A stretch of DNA of 61,276 nt from an uncultured Candidatus Saccharibacteria bacterium (GTDB lineage: Bacteria > Patescibacteriota > WWE3 > JAUXAW01 > CAYREW01): assembly GCA_964451675.1 (NCBI GenBank), contig CAYVIL010000001.1:1-61276 (forward strand), read 5' to 3'. Both the position numbers and the translations under genes were made by a program. Shown here piece by piece: positions 24,631 to 34,929 of this stretch; position 1 is the stretch's first letter; each line of letters starts with the position of its first letter. The notes beneath the pieces are model-generated. The model searched no databases, was not told the DNA's origin, and saw only the letters and a list, made by a program, of their open reading frames with translations.

Positions 24631-26118
24631 ATGATTAGAAGAAAAATAAAAAAACACGAACAAAAAATTACTAGAACATTGGAACTCCTACCAGGATTAA
24701 TATCCTGGTCATTAATCATATTCCCTTTTGTTGGCAGTTTTTTTATCCCAGTATGGGTTGCGTTTTTTGTACTCCTCTACAATATTTACTGGCTATACCG
24801 TTCCACAGTCATCTCTATAGGTGCTTTTTACGCTCATCACAAACTGAAAAAAGCAGAAAAGACGGACTGGCTAAAAATGGCTAAATCATTACCAAATTTC
24901 GAAGAAACTCACCATATTGCCATTATTGTCACTGCAAAAGAACCAACCTACATCTTAAAAAGAACAATTAAAAAACTAACCGAGCAAACCTACCCATTAA
25001 GCCGATTGACAGTAGTAGTAGCAGCAGAAGGCCGATTCCCCGAAGCCGCAAAAAAAGCGCAAAACCTAAAAAACGATTTTGAAGGTGTTTTTGGTAACTT
25101 TTTTGTTACAGTACACCCCAATATTCCCGGGGAAGTCAAGGGTAAATCTGCAAACATGGCTTGGGCTTCTAAAATCGCTAAAAAGGAAACAATCGATAAA
25201 CGGGGGTACGACATTAACTGGGTAACAATAACACCAATCGATGTAGATTCGCAACTGCACCCTAAATATTTTTCATACATCACATACAAATTTTTACAAG
25301 ATAAAAAAAGACACAGAAAATTTTTTCAGGGCGCAGTACTCTTCTACAACAATGTTTGGGAAATACCCGCACCCGTACGTGTTGTATCCACATTCAATAC
25401 AGTCAACCAATTATCCCAACTAGCAAGAAAAGATCGGTTAATTAATTACTCAACCTACACCACCAGCCTTAAAATGATTGATAGAATAGGTTACTGGGAT
25501 ACAGATGTTATACCCGAAGATTGGAGAATTTTCTTTAAAAGCTTCTTTAAACTCAAGGGCGAGGTTGAAGTAGAACCAATTTTCCTCCCTATCCACCAGG
25601 ATGCTGCTCAAGCCGAAACCACATGGCAAACATTCATCAATCTGTACGAGCAAGTCAAAAGATGGGCTTGGGGGGTATCTGACGATCCTTATGTAATAAT
25701 CCGTTACTTCACCGCTCCTGACGTTTCGTTTTGGGACAAAACGATCCGCACTTTCAAAATGTTAATGGATCATATTTTATGGCCGGTGCACTGGTTCGTA
25801 ATCACGTTGGGAATGAACATACCGCTGTTACTTAATCCCAAATTTTCGCAAACTATTCTTGGCTTTAGAATAGCTAAACTATCATCAATAATTATGACCA
25901 CGTGTTTCATCTTCCTAGCCATAATAATGTATATAGATTTCAAGCAACGCCCAGAAAGGCCAGAAAATATATCAAGAATACGTACCTGGCTAATGCCCCT
26001 AGAATTTGTTCTTATGCCATTAGTCGGGTTCTTCTTCGCAACCTTGCCTGCTCTAGAAGCTCACACGAGGCTAATGCTGGGTAAATACATGGAGTACAGA
26101 GTGACGGAGAAAGTGTAA
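24631..26118 (+). CDS. Membrane-embedded family-2 glycosyltransferase of the processive D,D,D,QxxRW type
   Basis: HHIAIIVTAKEP, a DVD motif (PIDVDSQLHP) and QVKRWAWG (the QxxRW motif) are present, flanked by N- and C-terminal TM helices. Confidence 0.7.
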   Translation: MIRRKIKKHEQKITRTLELLPGLISWSLIIFPFVGSFFIPVWVAFFVLLYNIYWLYRSTVISIGAFYAHHKLKKAEKTDWLKMAKSLPNFEETHHIAIIVTAKEPTYILKRTIKKLTEQTYPLSRLTVVVAAEGRFPEAAKKAQNLKNDFEGVFGNFFVTVHPNIPGEVKGKSANMAWASKIAKKETIDKRGYDINWVTITPIDVDSQLHPKYFSYITYKFLQDKKRHRKFFQGAVLFYNNVWEIPAPVRVVSTFNTVNQLSQLARKDRLINYSTYTTSLKMIDRIGYWDTDVIPEDWRIFFKSFFKLKGEVEVEPIFLPIHQDAAQAETTWQTFINLYEQVKRWAWGVSDDPYVIIRYFTAPDVSFWDKTIRTFKMLMDHILWPVHWFVITLGMNIPLLLNPKFSQTILGFRIAKLSSIIMTTCFIFLAIIMYIDFKQRPERPENISRIRTWLMPLEFVLMPLVGFFFATLPALEAHTRLMLGKYMEYRVTEKV

Positions 26119-26259
26119 CTGCCAAATACTAAAGAGGTTATCATTAATAAGCCTAGCTACTGAGGAGAATCGTTCACACCATGCCCTTTTGTGCGGCATC
26201 TATTACTATTTTCAATTACACAACCACACAATTTAAACTTAGAAAGTAACAATTAGTAA

Positions 26260-27216
26260 TTATATCCGCATCCTTTCAGCCTCAACCGTCTCTGTAAAAA
26301 CCTCTACCAAACCTGTTTTTTTCAGTACCTTAATCACTACATTTAAGAAACAAACTGCCATAAATACAATTAAAGAAGCACTAAGTCTTAGAATTAGAAA
26401 AAGAGATGTTGCAAAGATCATTGGGAAAAACCTCAGATAGGGTGCAAGTACGCTATTCAACTCATCTTCCAACTGCGACCGCAGTTCCGAAATACCCAAC
26501 TGCAGACCTCCATTTGCTTGCTGTTGACTCAAAAAGTCACGCAAAGATTCAGGAGAAACACTTCTCCCACCTAACAAGAAAAGAATATGTTCCGGTATCC
26601 TCTCTCCGACGTTCTCTTCTCTGCTCTCCTGGACAAGCCAATCAAGATTTTGCTGTGGATCGCCTTCTGTAGGCAGTTGCAAACCCCGACCAAAGAGAGA
26701 AAGCATTCTTTCTATTATAGTTTCAAACGCACGCTCTGGTAGATAAACTCTTTCCGGCACTCGTGGAACATAAAAGAAATAAAAGCTAACACACAAAAGA
26801 GCTGAAAAAAGGATAAATGTAAATTTCAAAAAAGAGCTATATATCTCACCAATTTTAATCTTTGTAAATAACGTCAATCTACTTTTAAGCCGCAACATTG
26901 CAAAACCCTGCAATAAGGAAAACAGGAATACAGTTGCAATAAACGGCAAAATTTGCGGCACTACTAGAAAAAGCGGAAGACAGCCAACAGCAGCCATCGC
27001 AAAAATAAGAAAGGGTTTTCCAAAAAAAGTAGCAACTAGACAGAATAGAGAAAGATAACAAAATAACGAAAGCAAAAAAATTATAAGAGAAAACACAGTC
27101 GCTTGCGAAGTTAAAGGGTACTGCTGCAAAACGCTACCAACTATCCACCAAATAAGTGTAGAGGAAAAAGGCAAAAGTACCGCAACCGATATTTTAAAAA
27201 TAATTCTCTTATCCAT
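26260..27216 (-). CDS. Polytopic membrane protein of unknown function; paralogue of 1268..2200
   Basis: Same length class and topology as the 1268..2200 protein. Shared landmarks are WW near the N-terminus, LFTK-IKIGEIY, VPERVYLP, APYLRFFP and C-terminal VEAE. Confidence 0.7.
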   Translation of the reverse strand: MDKRIIFKISVAVLLPFSSTLIWWIVGSVLQQYPLTSQATVFSLIIFLLSLFCYLSLFCLVATFFGKPFLIFAMAAVGCLPLFLVVPQILPFIATVFLFSLLQGFAMLRLKSRLTLFTKIKIGEIYSSFLKFTFILFSALLCVSFYFFYVPRVPERVYLPERAFETIIERMLSLFGRGLQLPTEGDPQQNLDWLVQESREENVGERIPEHILFLLGGRSVSPESLRDFLSQQQANGGLQLGISELRSQLEDELNSVLAPYLRFFPMIFATSLFLILRLSASLIVFMAVCFLNVVIKVLKKTGLVEVFTETVEAERMRI

Positions 27217-27239
27217 ATATTAAAATGTTACTCTTCCTC

Positions 27240-27653
27240 CTAATTTTTGACTGCCGGATCACTTCTCCCAGCATCCAGATAATCTTGTAAAACCAAACCA
27301 GCTGCAACAGCATCCAGCTTCTTCTCTGCTTTCTTTTTACTTAATTCTTGCTGTTCCAATTTCCTCAAAGCCTCATCGGTAGTAAATCTCTCGTTCTGAT
27401 AAACTATTTCAACTTTGCCTCTCAGCAACACCCGAAGATGCTTTACAAAATCACGAACTTTTCTTGCCTGAAAACCCTCTTTACCCTCGGGATTCAGTGG
27501 TAAACCAACTACAATTTTTTCAATATTATGTTGAGCAACAAATCGGACAACATCCTCTACATTATGAACAACTTTAGTAGGAACAGCTAACTCTCCTCGT
27601 GAGTATGCTAAACCAATATTCTTTTCCCCGTAATCTATACCTAAAATATACAT
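27240..27653 (-). CDS. ruvX: Putative pre-16S rRNA nuclease / Holliday-junction-resolvase-like RuvX (YqgF)
   Basis: MYILGIDYGEKNIGLAYS, IVVGLPLN..G and DERFTT-like QNERFTTDEA are present in a 137-aa protein. Confidence 0.85.
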   Translation of the reverse strand: MYILGIDYGEKNIGLAYSRGELAVPTKVVHNVEDVVRFVAQHNIEKIVVGLPLNPEGKEGFQARKVRDFVKHLRVLLRGKVEIVYQNERFTTDEALRKLEQQELSKKKAEKKLDAVAAGLVLQDYLDAGRSDPAVKN

Positions 27654-27657
27654 TAAA

Positions 27658-29262
27658 CTATTTCACTCCAAACTCGACTTTAATATTTTCCGCCCTCTTA
27701 GGTAAAAAGCGGAATGGAGAGGGGAGGACAGGCCACATACCAATATTTACTTGCGTAACGTTAGGTAGAGCAGTAAGATAGGTATGCGCAGATGAAACTT
27801 TTGACCCCGCTAAGTCATACTTGATCTGCTCAAGATCAAGAGACGGTACCAAATGTGCTTTAACTTTAGCAGTAATAATTAAATCATCCCCATCTCTCTT
27901 TGCATCCAAAAGCGCAAATTGAACGCTGTCCTCTTTCAAAGCATAGTTTTCAGGTATCTTACTTTCCAAGTAAGCTCTTAGTACTTCCTCATAAGTATCT
28001 ACTGAATAAGCTAATGCGGATGATTCAACAGACATTTGTAATCTTACTTCATCAGCCTCCTCACCAACCCCTTTACTAAGGTTGCTTGAAAGAACTGTAC
28101 TACTTAAAACACCCTGTGGAACAGTGTACCCTGCAGGCAGCTCTAAATCTAACTCACTGTACGCTGCCTGCTCTAAATCGCGGGTCAGAGACTCAGTTAT
28201 TGCCTGTACATCCTGCTCACTAACAGTAGTAACTTTCTTTGAAAAACCGCCACTTAAAGCTTCGTCATTCTTAGCATAAACGCTGTCTTTACTGAAAGAA
28301 GCTACCAAGAATTCAGTGCCTGCCGAAAGATTATACTGATCACCAAGATCAGCCGCAATAATACCTACATTTGTTCTCCCCGCTGTATAAGTAACTGTTA
28401 GCTGCCCTTCTGCGCTCTGTGTAGATGACATTGTTTGTGGCTCAACAGAGGCACTGCTTGCAAGCACAAACTGTAAATCTTCCGCTCCTAAACCAGTTCC
28501 CCGATCTAAATTCTTTTCCTGATCTGTTTGGTTATATATTGTAACCGTCCCCCGAGCCTTTTCGCCGACTAAAGCCTCACCAGTAGCTTTAGCAATTTTT
28601 GTACCTTCTTTCTGCACACTAAGCTTCCTTGCTGGTATTATTTTTTGGTCAACTAAAGTTGTAGAAGCACTGCTAGATGCAAGTATATCAACAGTTTTTA
28701 CAATCTGCTCCGAATTAACATAAAGCGTGATAGTTGCCCTAGGAACAACAAAGAAAAAAGCAAAAAGCACAACCCCAATTAAAACTACACCGCCAAAAAT
28801 AGATAATGGAATAATAAACTTCTTATGCCTTAATGTTGAACCGGAGAGAAAACTTAAATTTAAATTAGGGAGAAATTTCTTAAACTTAAACATAAAACCG
28901 ACACTATCATTTGGAACAGGAGAGCCTACCTCAGGATTCTGAGCAGCAATATCGCCATCTACAAATCCAAACCGATCCTCTTCCTCACTAGTTTCAACCT
29001 CCGCCTCCTTACTAGCCGAATCAGAAACACCTAGCATCTCACGCACTTTCGCATCCTTAGATCCAAAAGCAATCTTCTTTCCCATATTTTCAGCTTCCCG
29101 TGTAATTAATTGTAAATTGAACTGCTTATCTAGAAGAGGCGACCCGACAGGAATAAAAACACGAATCCCTTGTTCATCCTGTTCACGAATAGCCTTCAAA
29201 ACATCAACAACATTGTCATCAGGGGTTAGATAAATATCAGCCATTAGATTTAAATAAAGCAA
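27658..29262 (-). CDS. Bitopic membrane protein, unknown function (cytoplasmic N-domain, one TM, large Thr/Ser-rich beta-looking ectodomain)
   Basis: 534-aa ORF with one TM (IIPLSIFGGVVLIGVVLFAFFFVV). It overlaps the upstream FtsA-like gene by 8-26 nt depending on the start chosen (ATG 29262 or 29244). No motif recognised. Confidence 0.6.
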   Translation of the reverse strand: MLYLNLMADIYLTPDDNVVDVLKAIREQDEQGIRVFIPVGSPLLDKQFNLQLITREAENMGKKIAFGSKDAKVREMLGVSDSASKEAEVETSEEEDRFGFVDGDIAAQNPEVGSPVPNDSVGFMFKFKKFLPNLNLSFLSGSTLRHKKFIIPLSIFGGVVLIGVVLFAFFFVVPRATITLYVNSEQIVKTVDILASSSASTTLVDQKIIPARKLSVQKEGTKIAKATGEALVGEKARGTVTIYNQTDQEKNLDRGTGLGAEDLQFVLASSASVEPQTMSSTQSAEGQLTVTYTAGRTNVGIIAADLGDQYNLSAGTEFLVASFSKDSVYAKNDEALSGGFSKKVTTVSEQDVQAITESLTRDLEQAAYSELDLELPAGYTVPQGVLSSTVLSSNLSKGVGEEADEVRLQMSVESSALAYSVDTYEEVLRAYLESKIPENYALKEDSVQFALLDAKRDGDDLIITAKVKAHLVPSLDLEQIKYDLAGSKVSSAHTYLTALPNVTQVNIGMWPVLPSPFRFLPKRAENIKVEFGVK

Positions 29263-30316
29263 AGTCCATTAGTCCAAAAAGTGTGGGTGGCACTTTTCCA
29301 AGCTTACCACTGCGGTCCACCATTTCCTCAGGGTCCAGCGTTCTAACCTCTTCAACCGCACCTTCTTGCTGAATAGGCAAAGTATCTTCCCGTGCAAACT
29401 CAGCTAGTTTATTACGGAGCGGCAACTCGATATCCGAATCAGTTACCAAGACAAACCTAAACGGATAAGAAGAAGCATTAAACCCTTCTAAAGCTAACTC
29501 TAAACTGGATGCCCACCAATCTAACAAATCTCCGTTCTCTTTTCTTAAATGAGAACTCCCCAAAGGAATAACTTTTGTACCTATAATAGCACGGTTAATT
29601 TGCACAGTCACTTCTGTAGTTGAACCCCGATCATTAACAAAAATCTGATCGCGATAGTCATTCAACAACAGAGGGGTGTTGGTATCTGTAATAAATACTT
29701 TTCTAAATTTAAGAAAAGAGGCAACCGAACTAACAGCTGAAAGGTGAGTTTTTACACCGGCCTGGTAAAAAAGAGCCACTTCCAAAACACTTCCCCTAAA
29801 CCCAACCGGGTTGGTAATCTCAAACCCATCTAAAAGCACATGACTAAACCAAGTAGCGAGTTCCTCCAGCTTTATATTTTGCTGACCTGTTTCTTGCACC
29901 ACCTCTTCTAAACACTTCTGTGCCGCAGCAACAGTTAACCGAGTCTCAATCTTCTTCCATTCTTCCTCAGTAATCGGTTGCTCGCTTTCTTTACGATTTA
30001 CACGGGCCTTAACTGTAACATGACGAATTATCTCTGCTCCTGTCCCCAGTACAGCTTTTTGCGGGTAATCTATCCCCTGGCTGTAAACCGCCTGGTCTAA
30101 AGCTGCCCTAGAATTTTGTGCAACAGCCGACAAATCCGCAATAACACCGCTACGCATATCGGAGGTTCTCTGCGGAGCATATCCCACACCCAAAACCTCA
30201 ATATTTTGTCCTGAATTTTTAAAAACCAGGGCAGATACGCGATCCGGAGACAAATCAATAACAGCCCAGGGGCTGTCTTCTAAATTAGCTTTCTTAAAAA
30301 ATGGCAGGCTTAACAT
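29237..30316 (-). CDS. Divergent FtsA/PilM-family actin-fold protein
   Basis: The layout follows FtsA: AVIDLSPDRVSALVF..IEVLGVGYAP...SGVIADL, LLDGFEITNPVGFRGSVLEVALF and VNDRGSTTEVTV. The C-terminus LFGLMDFALFKS is amphipathic. The phosphate-binding motifs are degenerate. Confidence 0.65.
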   Translation of the reverse strand: MLSLPFFKKANLEDSPWAVIDLSPDRVSALVFKNSGQNIEVLGVGYAPQRTSDMRSGVIADLSAVAQNSRAALDQAVYSQGIDYPQKAVLGTGAEIIRHVTVKARVNRKESEQPITEEEWKKIETRLTVAAAQKCLEEVVQETGQQNIKLEELATWFSHVLLDGFEITNPVGFRGSVLEVALFYQAGVKTHLSAVSSVASFLKFRKVFITDTNTPLLLNDYRDQIFVNDRGSTTEVTVQINRAIIGTKVIPLGSSHLRKENGDLLDWWASSLELALEGFNASSYPFRFVLVTDSDIELPLRNKLAEFAREDTLPIQQEGAVEEVRTLDPEEMVDRSGKLGKVPPTLFGLMDFALFKSNG

Positions 30317-30326
30317 GGAAGTAATT

Positions 30327-32093
30327 CTACAATAAAGTTGCTTTTATACGCCGCACTCCACTTCCTACTGATTCTTGCTTAATAACTTTAAATTCCCCCA
30401 ACTCCCCAGTTCTTTTCACATGTGGACCCGCACACAACTCTTTGGAAAAATCACCAATAGAATACAAAGTTACTGTATCTGCCCCTTTATATTTTTCCTC
30501 AAAAAGTGCTTCTGCACCGGATGCTACAGCATCTTCAAAAGTTGTTTCAGTACAAACAACAGGAAAATCTTTCTCAATCTGTTCGTTAACTATATCTTCT
30601 ACTTCTTTTATTTCTTCATCCGCCAACTTCCTATCAAAAGTAAAATCAAAACGCAGCCTTTCCGGTGTTAAGTTCTGACCTGCTTGGTGTACATCACTAC
30701 CTAAAACTCTGCGAAGGGCTTCATTCATCAAATGTGTTGCTGTGTGCAAAGGAGCTATTTGCTCAGGGGTAAAAGATCTATCTTTTTGAGCAGCACGAGA
30801 CCGTTGCCGTTGTTTTTTCAATTCTTTTTGGAAGCCCCCCTCATCAACTTCCAAACCAGCCTCCTTTGCAATTTCAACAGTAAGATCCAAGGGAAACCCG
30901 TAGGTATCGTATAGCTCAAAAGCAACCTCTCCCGGAAACACTTCTTCACCTTCATCCAAACCAGCTAATCGTTTCTCAAGCTCCTTCAAACCCGTACTCA
31001 GTGTTTGTTCAAAAGATCGCTCTTCTTCCTGAACAATTTGCTTTATTTTCAATAAATTCTCTTCCAAGTAAGGATATTCATCACCCATAACCTCAACAAC
31101 CTTTTCTACCGGCTGACCTAAAAAAGCCCCCCCGATATTCAAAAGCTTTCCGTGTCTATAAGCACGGCGGATAATTCTCCTAAGCACATAGCCGCGGTCT
31201 TTATTAGAAGGGACTACACCATCAGCAATAAGAAAAGCAATAGCACGCGAATGGTCAGTAATAATACGTTCGGAAACCTTTAAATCGCGGTGAGCACCAA
31301 CCCCAGCAAGTGACTCCACCACCTTATAAATTGGGGTTAAAAGATCAATTTCATATACGGAATCCTTGTTTTGCAGTACAGTTGCAAAACGCTCCAAACC
31401 AGCACCTGTATCCACACTTTTCATTGGTAATTCTTCAAATGTACCATCTTCTTTACGGTTATAAACCATAAAAACACCTGGATTCCACAATTCTAAAAAG
31501 CGCTCGCATTCGCATCCAGGTTTACAGCCAGGTTTACCGCAACCAAACTCCTCTCCGCGATCATAGTAAATTTCAGTACACGGGCCAAACGGGCCCACAG
31601 GGCCACTGACCCAAAGATTATCTTCCGCTGGAAGCTCTACAATGCGCTCTTTAGGGAGTCCAACCTCTTGCCAATCCTCTAGAGAATCTGTATCTCTAGG
31701 AATCTCGTCACTACCAGCAAAGACAGTCGCCCATAACCTGGTTTCTTCAAAGTCAAACTCCTCTGTTAAAAGCTCCCACGCAAGCTTAATTGCAATTTTA
31801 GAGAAATAATCACCAATCGACCAAGTACCCATCATCTCAAAAAAAGAGAGCGTCGCGGAGGAAGGGCCCACTTTTTCAATATCAACTGTTCTTAAACAAC
31901 GCTGAACATTACAAAGCCGCTGTGCCGGAGGATGCCGCCGACCAAGAAAATAATCTTTAAGCGGCGCCATTCCTGAATTAATAAACAGCAAGGTAGGGTC
32001 TCTTTCAGGAACTAAAGAAGAAGAAGGAATCTCTATATGATCACGCTTCTTAAAGAAATCTAAAAAAATCTTGCGAATATCTTTTGATGTCAT
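30327..32093 (-). CDS. alaS: Alanine--tRNA ligase, short form lacking the C-terminal C-Ala/DHHA1 region
   Basis: IRKIFLDFFKKRDH, FINSGM, QRCLRT, FEMMGTWS and WNPGVFM mark the catalytic core, and HTATHLMNEALRRVLG..HQAGQN marks the editing domain. I place the start at ATG 32093 (MTSKDIRK...); the track start is 32141. Confidence 0.9.
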   Translation of the reverse strand: MTSKDIRKIFLDFFKKRDHIEIPSSSLVPERDPTLLFINSGMAPLKDYFLGRRHPPAQRLCNVQRCLRTVDIEKVGPSSATLSFFEMMGTWSIGDYFSKIAIKLAWELLTEEFDFEETRLWATVFAGSDEIPRDTDSLEDWQEVGLPKERIVELPAEDNLWVSGPVGPFGPCTEIYYDRGEEFGCGKPGCKPGCECERFLELWNPGVFMVYNRKEDGTFEELPMKSVDTGAGLERFATVLQNKDSVYEIDLLTPIYKVVESLAGVGAHRDLKVSERIITDHSRAIAFLIADGVVPSNKDRGYVLRRIIRRAYRHGKLLNIGGAFLGQPVEKVVEVMGDEYPYLEENLLKIKQIVQEEERSFEQTLSTGLKELEKRLAGLDEGEEVFPGEVAFELYDTYGFPLDLTVEIAKEAGLEVDEGGFQKELKKQRQRSRAAQKDRSFTPEQIAPLHTATHLMNEALRRVLGSDVHQAGQNLTPERLRFDFTFDRKLADEEIKEVEDIVNEQIEKDFPVVCTETTFEDAVASGAEALFEEKYKGADTVTLYSIGDFSKELCAGPHVKRTGELGEFKVIKQESVGSGVRRIKATLL

Positions 32094-32230
32094 TGCAGTG
32101 GGTATAGTATAAACAATAAGCACCCTATTATACAACCACAACTAGCTTTTGCCGTACAAGAAAACAGTAAGCCAATAAGTTAACAGAGTCTTGTGAACAG
32201 GAAAGGGCATAAAACCAAGATTGTATAAAA

Positions 32231-32239
32231 TGTTAAAAT
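32231..32239 (+). promoter_or_regulatory. Extended -10 (TGtTAAAAT) 7 nt upstream of the pgk ATG
   Basis: Read directly; no SD. Confidence 0.5.
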
Positions 32240-32246
32240 ACCCCCA

Positions 32247-33314
32247 ATGCCTAAAAAGTCACCACTCCCTGTTATTACAGATCTATCACCGGACGCCCTT
32301 GCTAACAAAACAGTCCTTGTCCGCGCTGACTTGGATGTTCCTCTTACAAAAGATGGAACAGTCGCCGACAACTACCGCCTCCGCCGCGCCTTGCCAACCA
32401 TTAACTATCTTGTTAAGAACCAAGCTAAAACAGTTCTGATAGGGCATTTAGATAGACCAGGGGGGCGGGTAGTTGAAGAGCTGCGCATGGATCCGGTCGC
32501 AGAAGAACTGAGCAGATTATTAAACGACCAGGAAGTTCTTGTTTACAAAATAGACGATTGCCTGGGAACTGCTGTTCAGCAAACTGTCCAAGAAATGGAG
32601 CCGGGAGAAATAGTCCTGCTAGAAAACCTAAAATTCCACACTGGTGAACCAGAAAACAGCAAAGAGTTTGCCCGGCAGTTAGCTACCCTAGCGGACATGT
32701 ACGTTAATGATTGCTTTAGCACCAGTCACCATCAATACGCATCCATTACCAAAATTCCCCAATTCATACATTCTTACGCAGGCAACCACTTAATAAAAGA
32801 GCTTAAAATGCTAAACAAAGCGCGCAAAAATCCTAAAAGACCAGTAATTGCTATTATCGGCGGTGCAAAAGTGGAAAGCAAATCGAAAGCAATCCAAGAA
32901 TTAACTCCTCTCGTAGATCATATATTATTAGGCGGCAAACTTATGTTTGAAAAGTCACTTGAAAAAAATCCTAAAGTAATATTTCCCAAAGACTATGTAG
33001 GTGCTTACGATATTGGACCGCAGACTGCGCAAGACTACATTGAAGGACTAAAGCATGCAGGGACCATTATCTGGGGAGGTCCTTTGGGCAAGTTCGAAAA
33101 TCCAACCTACCAACAAGGAACAAAAACTATTGCCCAAGCTGTAGCAGATAGCAGTGCTTACACAATAGTCGGCGGAGGAGATACTATTTCAGCATTAAAC
33201 AAATTTAATCTGCTAAAAAGTATAGATTGGGTGTGTTCTGGAGGGGGAGCAATGCTGGAGTATATGGGTAAAGGAACCTTGGCAGGAATAGAAGCATTAA
33301 AACAAAGGCTGTAA
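32247..33314 (+). CDS. pgk: Phosphoglycerate kinase (short, 355 aa)
   Basis: VLVRADLDVPL, IGHLDRPGG, AIIGGAKVESK, GGGDT and SGGGAMLEY are present. Confidence 0.92.
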   Translation: MPKKSPLPVITDLSPDALANKTVLVRADLDVPLTKDGTVADNYRLRRALPTINYLVKNQAKTVLIGHLDRPGGRVVEELRMDPVAEELSRLLNDQEVLVYKIDDCLGTAVQQTVQEMEPGEIVLLENLKFHTGEPENSKEFARQLATLADMYVNDCFSTSHHQYASITKIPQFIHSYAGNHLIKELKMLNKARKNPKRPVIAIIGGAKVESKSKAIQELTPLVDHILLGGKLMFEKSLEKNPKVIFPKDYVGAYDIGPQTAQDYIEGLKHAGTIIWGGPLGKFENPTYQQGTKTIAQAVADSSAYTIVGGGDTISALNKFNLLKSIDWVCSGGGAMLEYMGKGTLAGIEALKQRL

Positions 33315-33474
33315 CAAAGAGGTTCAAGGTCGTAAATCTAATATCTTTAATTGCAAATAAGTACTAAGCAACAAAACCAAAAATTCAAATAAACCTGAAG
33401 CAAGAATTTCGAAATATTTCTAATTTATAATTTAAAACCAACAGGAAAAAAGCAGAACACTATTCAATACAATC

Positions 33475-34173
33475 ATGATCACAATCATCCATGGCAAAGA
33501 TCTATCATCTAGCCGCGCAGCACTAACCACCAAAAAGGCAGGGTTTCCGCCCGAAGCAATAACTACCATTGACGAAGAAAACCTGGAAGAGATAGCACAA
33601 GCAGGTGGAGCTAAAGGTATGTTTAACCCCAAAAGACTGGTTGTGCTAGAAAAAAGAGGTAGATGGACAAAAAAATTCAGCAGAGAATTAATGGAGCAGC
33701 TCAAGTTTATTGATCGAGAAAACCATATTATTATATGGTACGAAAAAAAAATACCGAAATCAGATACCTTACTGCAACTAACTAAAAAAAGGGGGGAGGT
33801 CTTGTATTTTAAAGGTTATAATAATAGCAAAGATATATTTGATTTCTTAGACAGCTTAGGTAATAGAAATAAAAAAGCTGCTTACATTCAATTACAGCAG
33901 CTCCAAGAGAACGGAGAACACCCAATTTACATTCTGAACAGAATAATTGGTTTATTTAGAAAGATGATGGCAGTTAAGTGGAATGCTAAAAAACTAATTC
34001 CCTCCCATCCATATGCTAAGAAAAAAATAACCTCACAGACTAGCAATTTCACAGAGAAAGAGCTTTTAGGTATTTACAAGGAATTAGAGAAAGCTGACAT
34101 CGGTATGAAAACAGGTACGGATGCGGAGCTGCTGCTACATTTGCTTATTGAGAAAATATGTAAAAGAGGATAA
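33475..34173 (+). CDS. holA: DNA polymerase III delta subunit-like protein (short)
   Basis: The size and the pattern IIHGKD...(clamp-loader-like N-domain)...LLGIYKELEKADIGMKTGTDAELLLHLLIEKI resemble a HolA C-terminal domain. This is a weak call. Confidence 0.5.
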   Translation: MITIIHGKDLSSSRAALTTKKAGFPPEAITTIDEENLEEIAQAGGAKGMFNPKRLVVLEKRGRWTKKFSRELMEQLKFIDRENHIIIWYEKKIPKSDTLLQLTKKRGEVLYFKGYNNSKDIFDFLDSLGNRNKKAAYIQLQQLQENGEHPIYILNRIIGLFRKMMAVKWNAKKLIPSHPYAKKKITSQTSNFTEKELLGIYKELEKADIGMKTGTDAELLLHLLIEKICKRG

Positions 34174-34275
34174 ATATTTAAAACATCGACGTGCTCATTT
34201 ACTCAGAAGTTGTTAGGAACTTTGAATTTCAAATATAGAGTTACAATTAGAATCGCTTAAACCAAACAATTTAAA

Positions 34276-34929
34276 ATGAATTTCAGAAACAAAATCATCC
34301 CCACCGCGACATTTGCTATTGCTGTATATATTTTAGCTTCACAATTGATAATACCGCTTTGGCAGTACAGAGCTCAACAAAACCTAGTCAATCCTGTTGC
34401 CGGTGCTTATACAACTTTCTGGGACCAACGCAGGGATTTGCTAATCTTAGAGGAGCCGCAAACACCGCCTCCTCCATTTTTCTACCTTTCAATACCTAAA
34501 ATTGAACTGGAGGAAGTTCCGGTAGAAACCAACAGCACAAAAGCACCGGACCAAAACCTCATCCATATTAAAGGAACTGCATTACCGGGCTCCGGCCAAA
34601 CCTCTGCTTCACAACTAAAAATACCAATAGTTGTTTCCGGTCACTCAGTATCACCTCTTTTTTTTAACTCCAAAGATCCTAGAACTTACTTCACTGGCTT
34701 ACCAAAACTACAGACTGGAGACGAGATAGAAGTTAACTTCCAAAACAAAAACTATAAATATAGCGTTGAGAAAAAAGAGGTTGTAAAACCAAAAGACCTC
34801 TGGGAAGTAATTAGCAAAGAAGCAGCTCTGAACCAAACAGAGCTAGTGCTATTTACTTGTGTACCACCTGGACTACGCACTAATCGTTTAATTATTTTTG
34901 CCCAGGCTTTAGAAAACCAGCAAAATTAA
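34276..34929 (+). CDS. Sortase family transpeptidase
   Basis: N-terminal TM, YLSIPKIELEEVPV, His in VVSGHS, Cys in LVLFTCVPPG and Arg in TNRLII give the H-C-R catalytic triad in the right order. Confidence 0.8.
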   Translation: MNFRNKIIPTATFAIAVYILASQLIIPLWQYRAQQNLVNPVAGAYTTFWDQRRDLLILEEPQTPPPPFFYLSIPKIELEEVPVETNSTKAPDQNLIHIKGTALPGSGQTSASQLKIPIVVSGHSVSPLFFNSKDPRTYFTGLPKLQTGDEIEVNFQNKNYKYSVEKKEVVKPKDLWEVISKEAALNQTELVLFTCVPPGLRTNRLIIFAQALENQQN

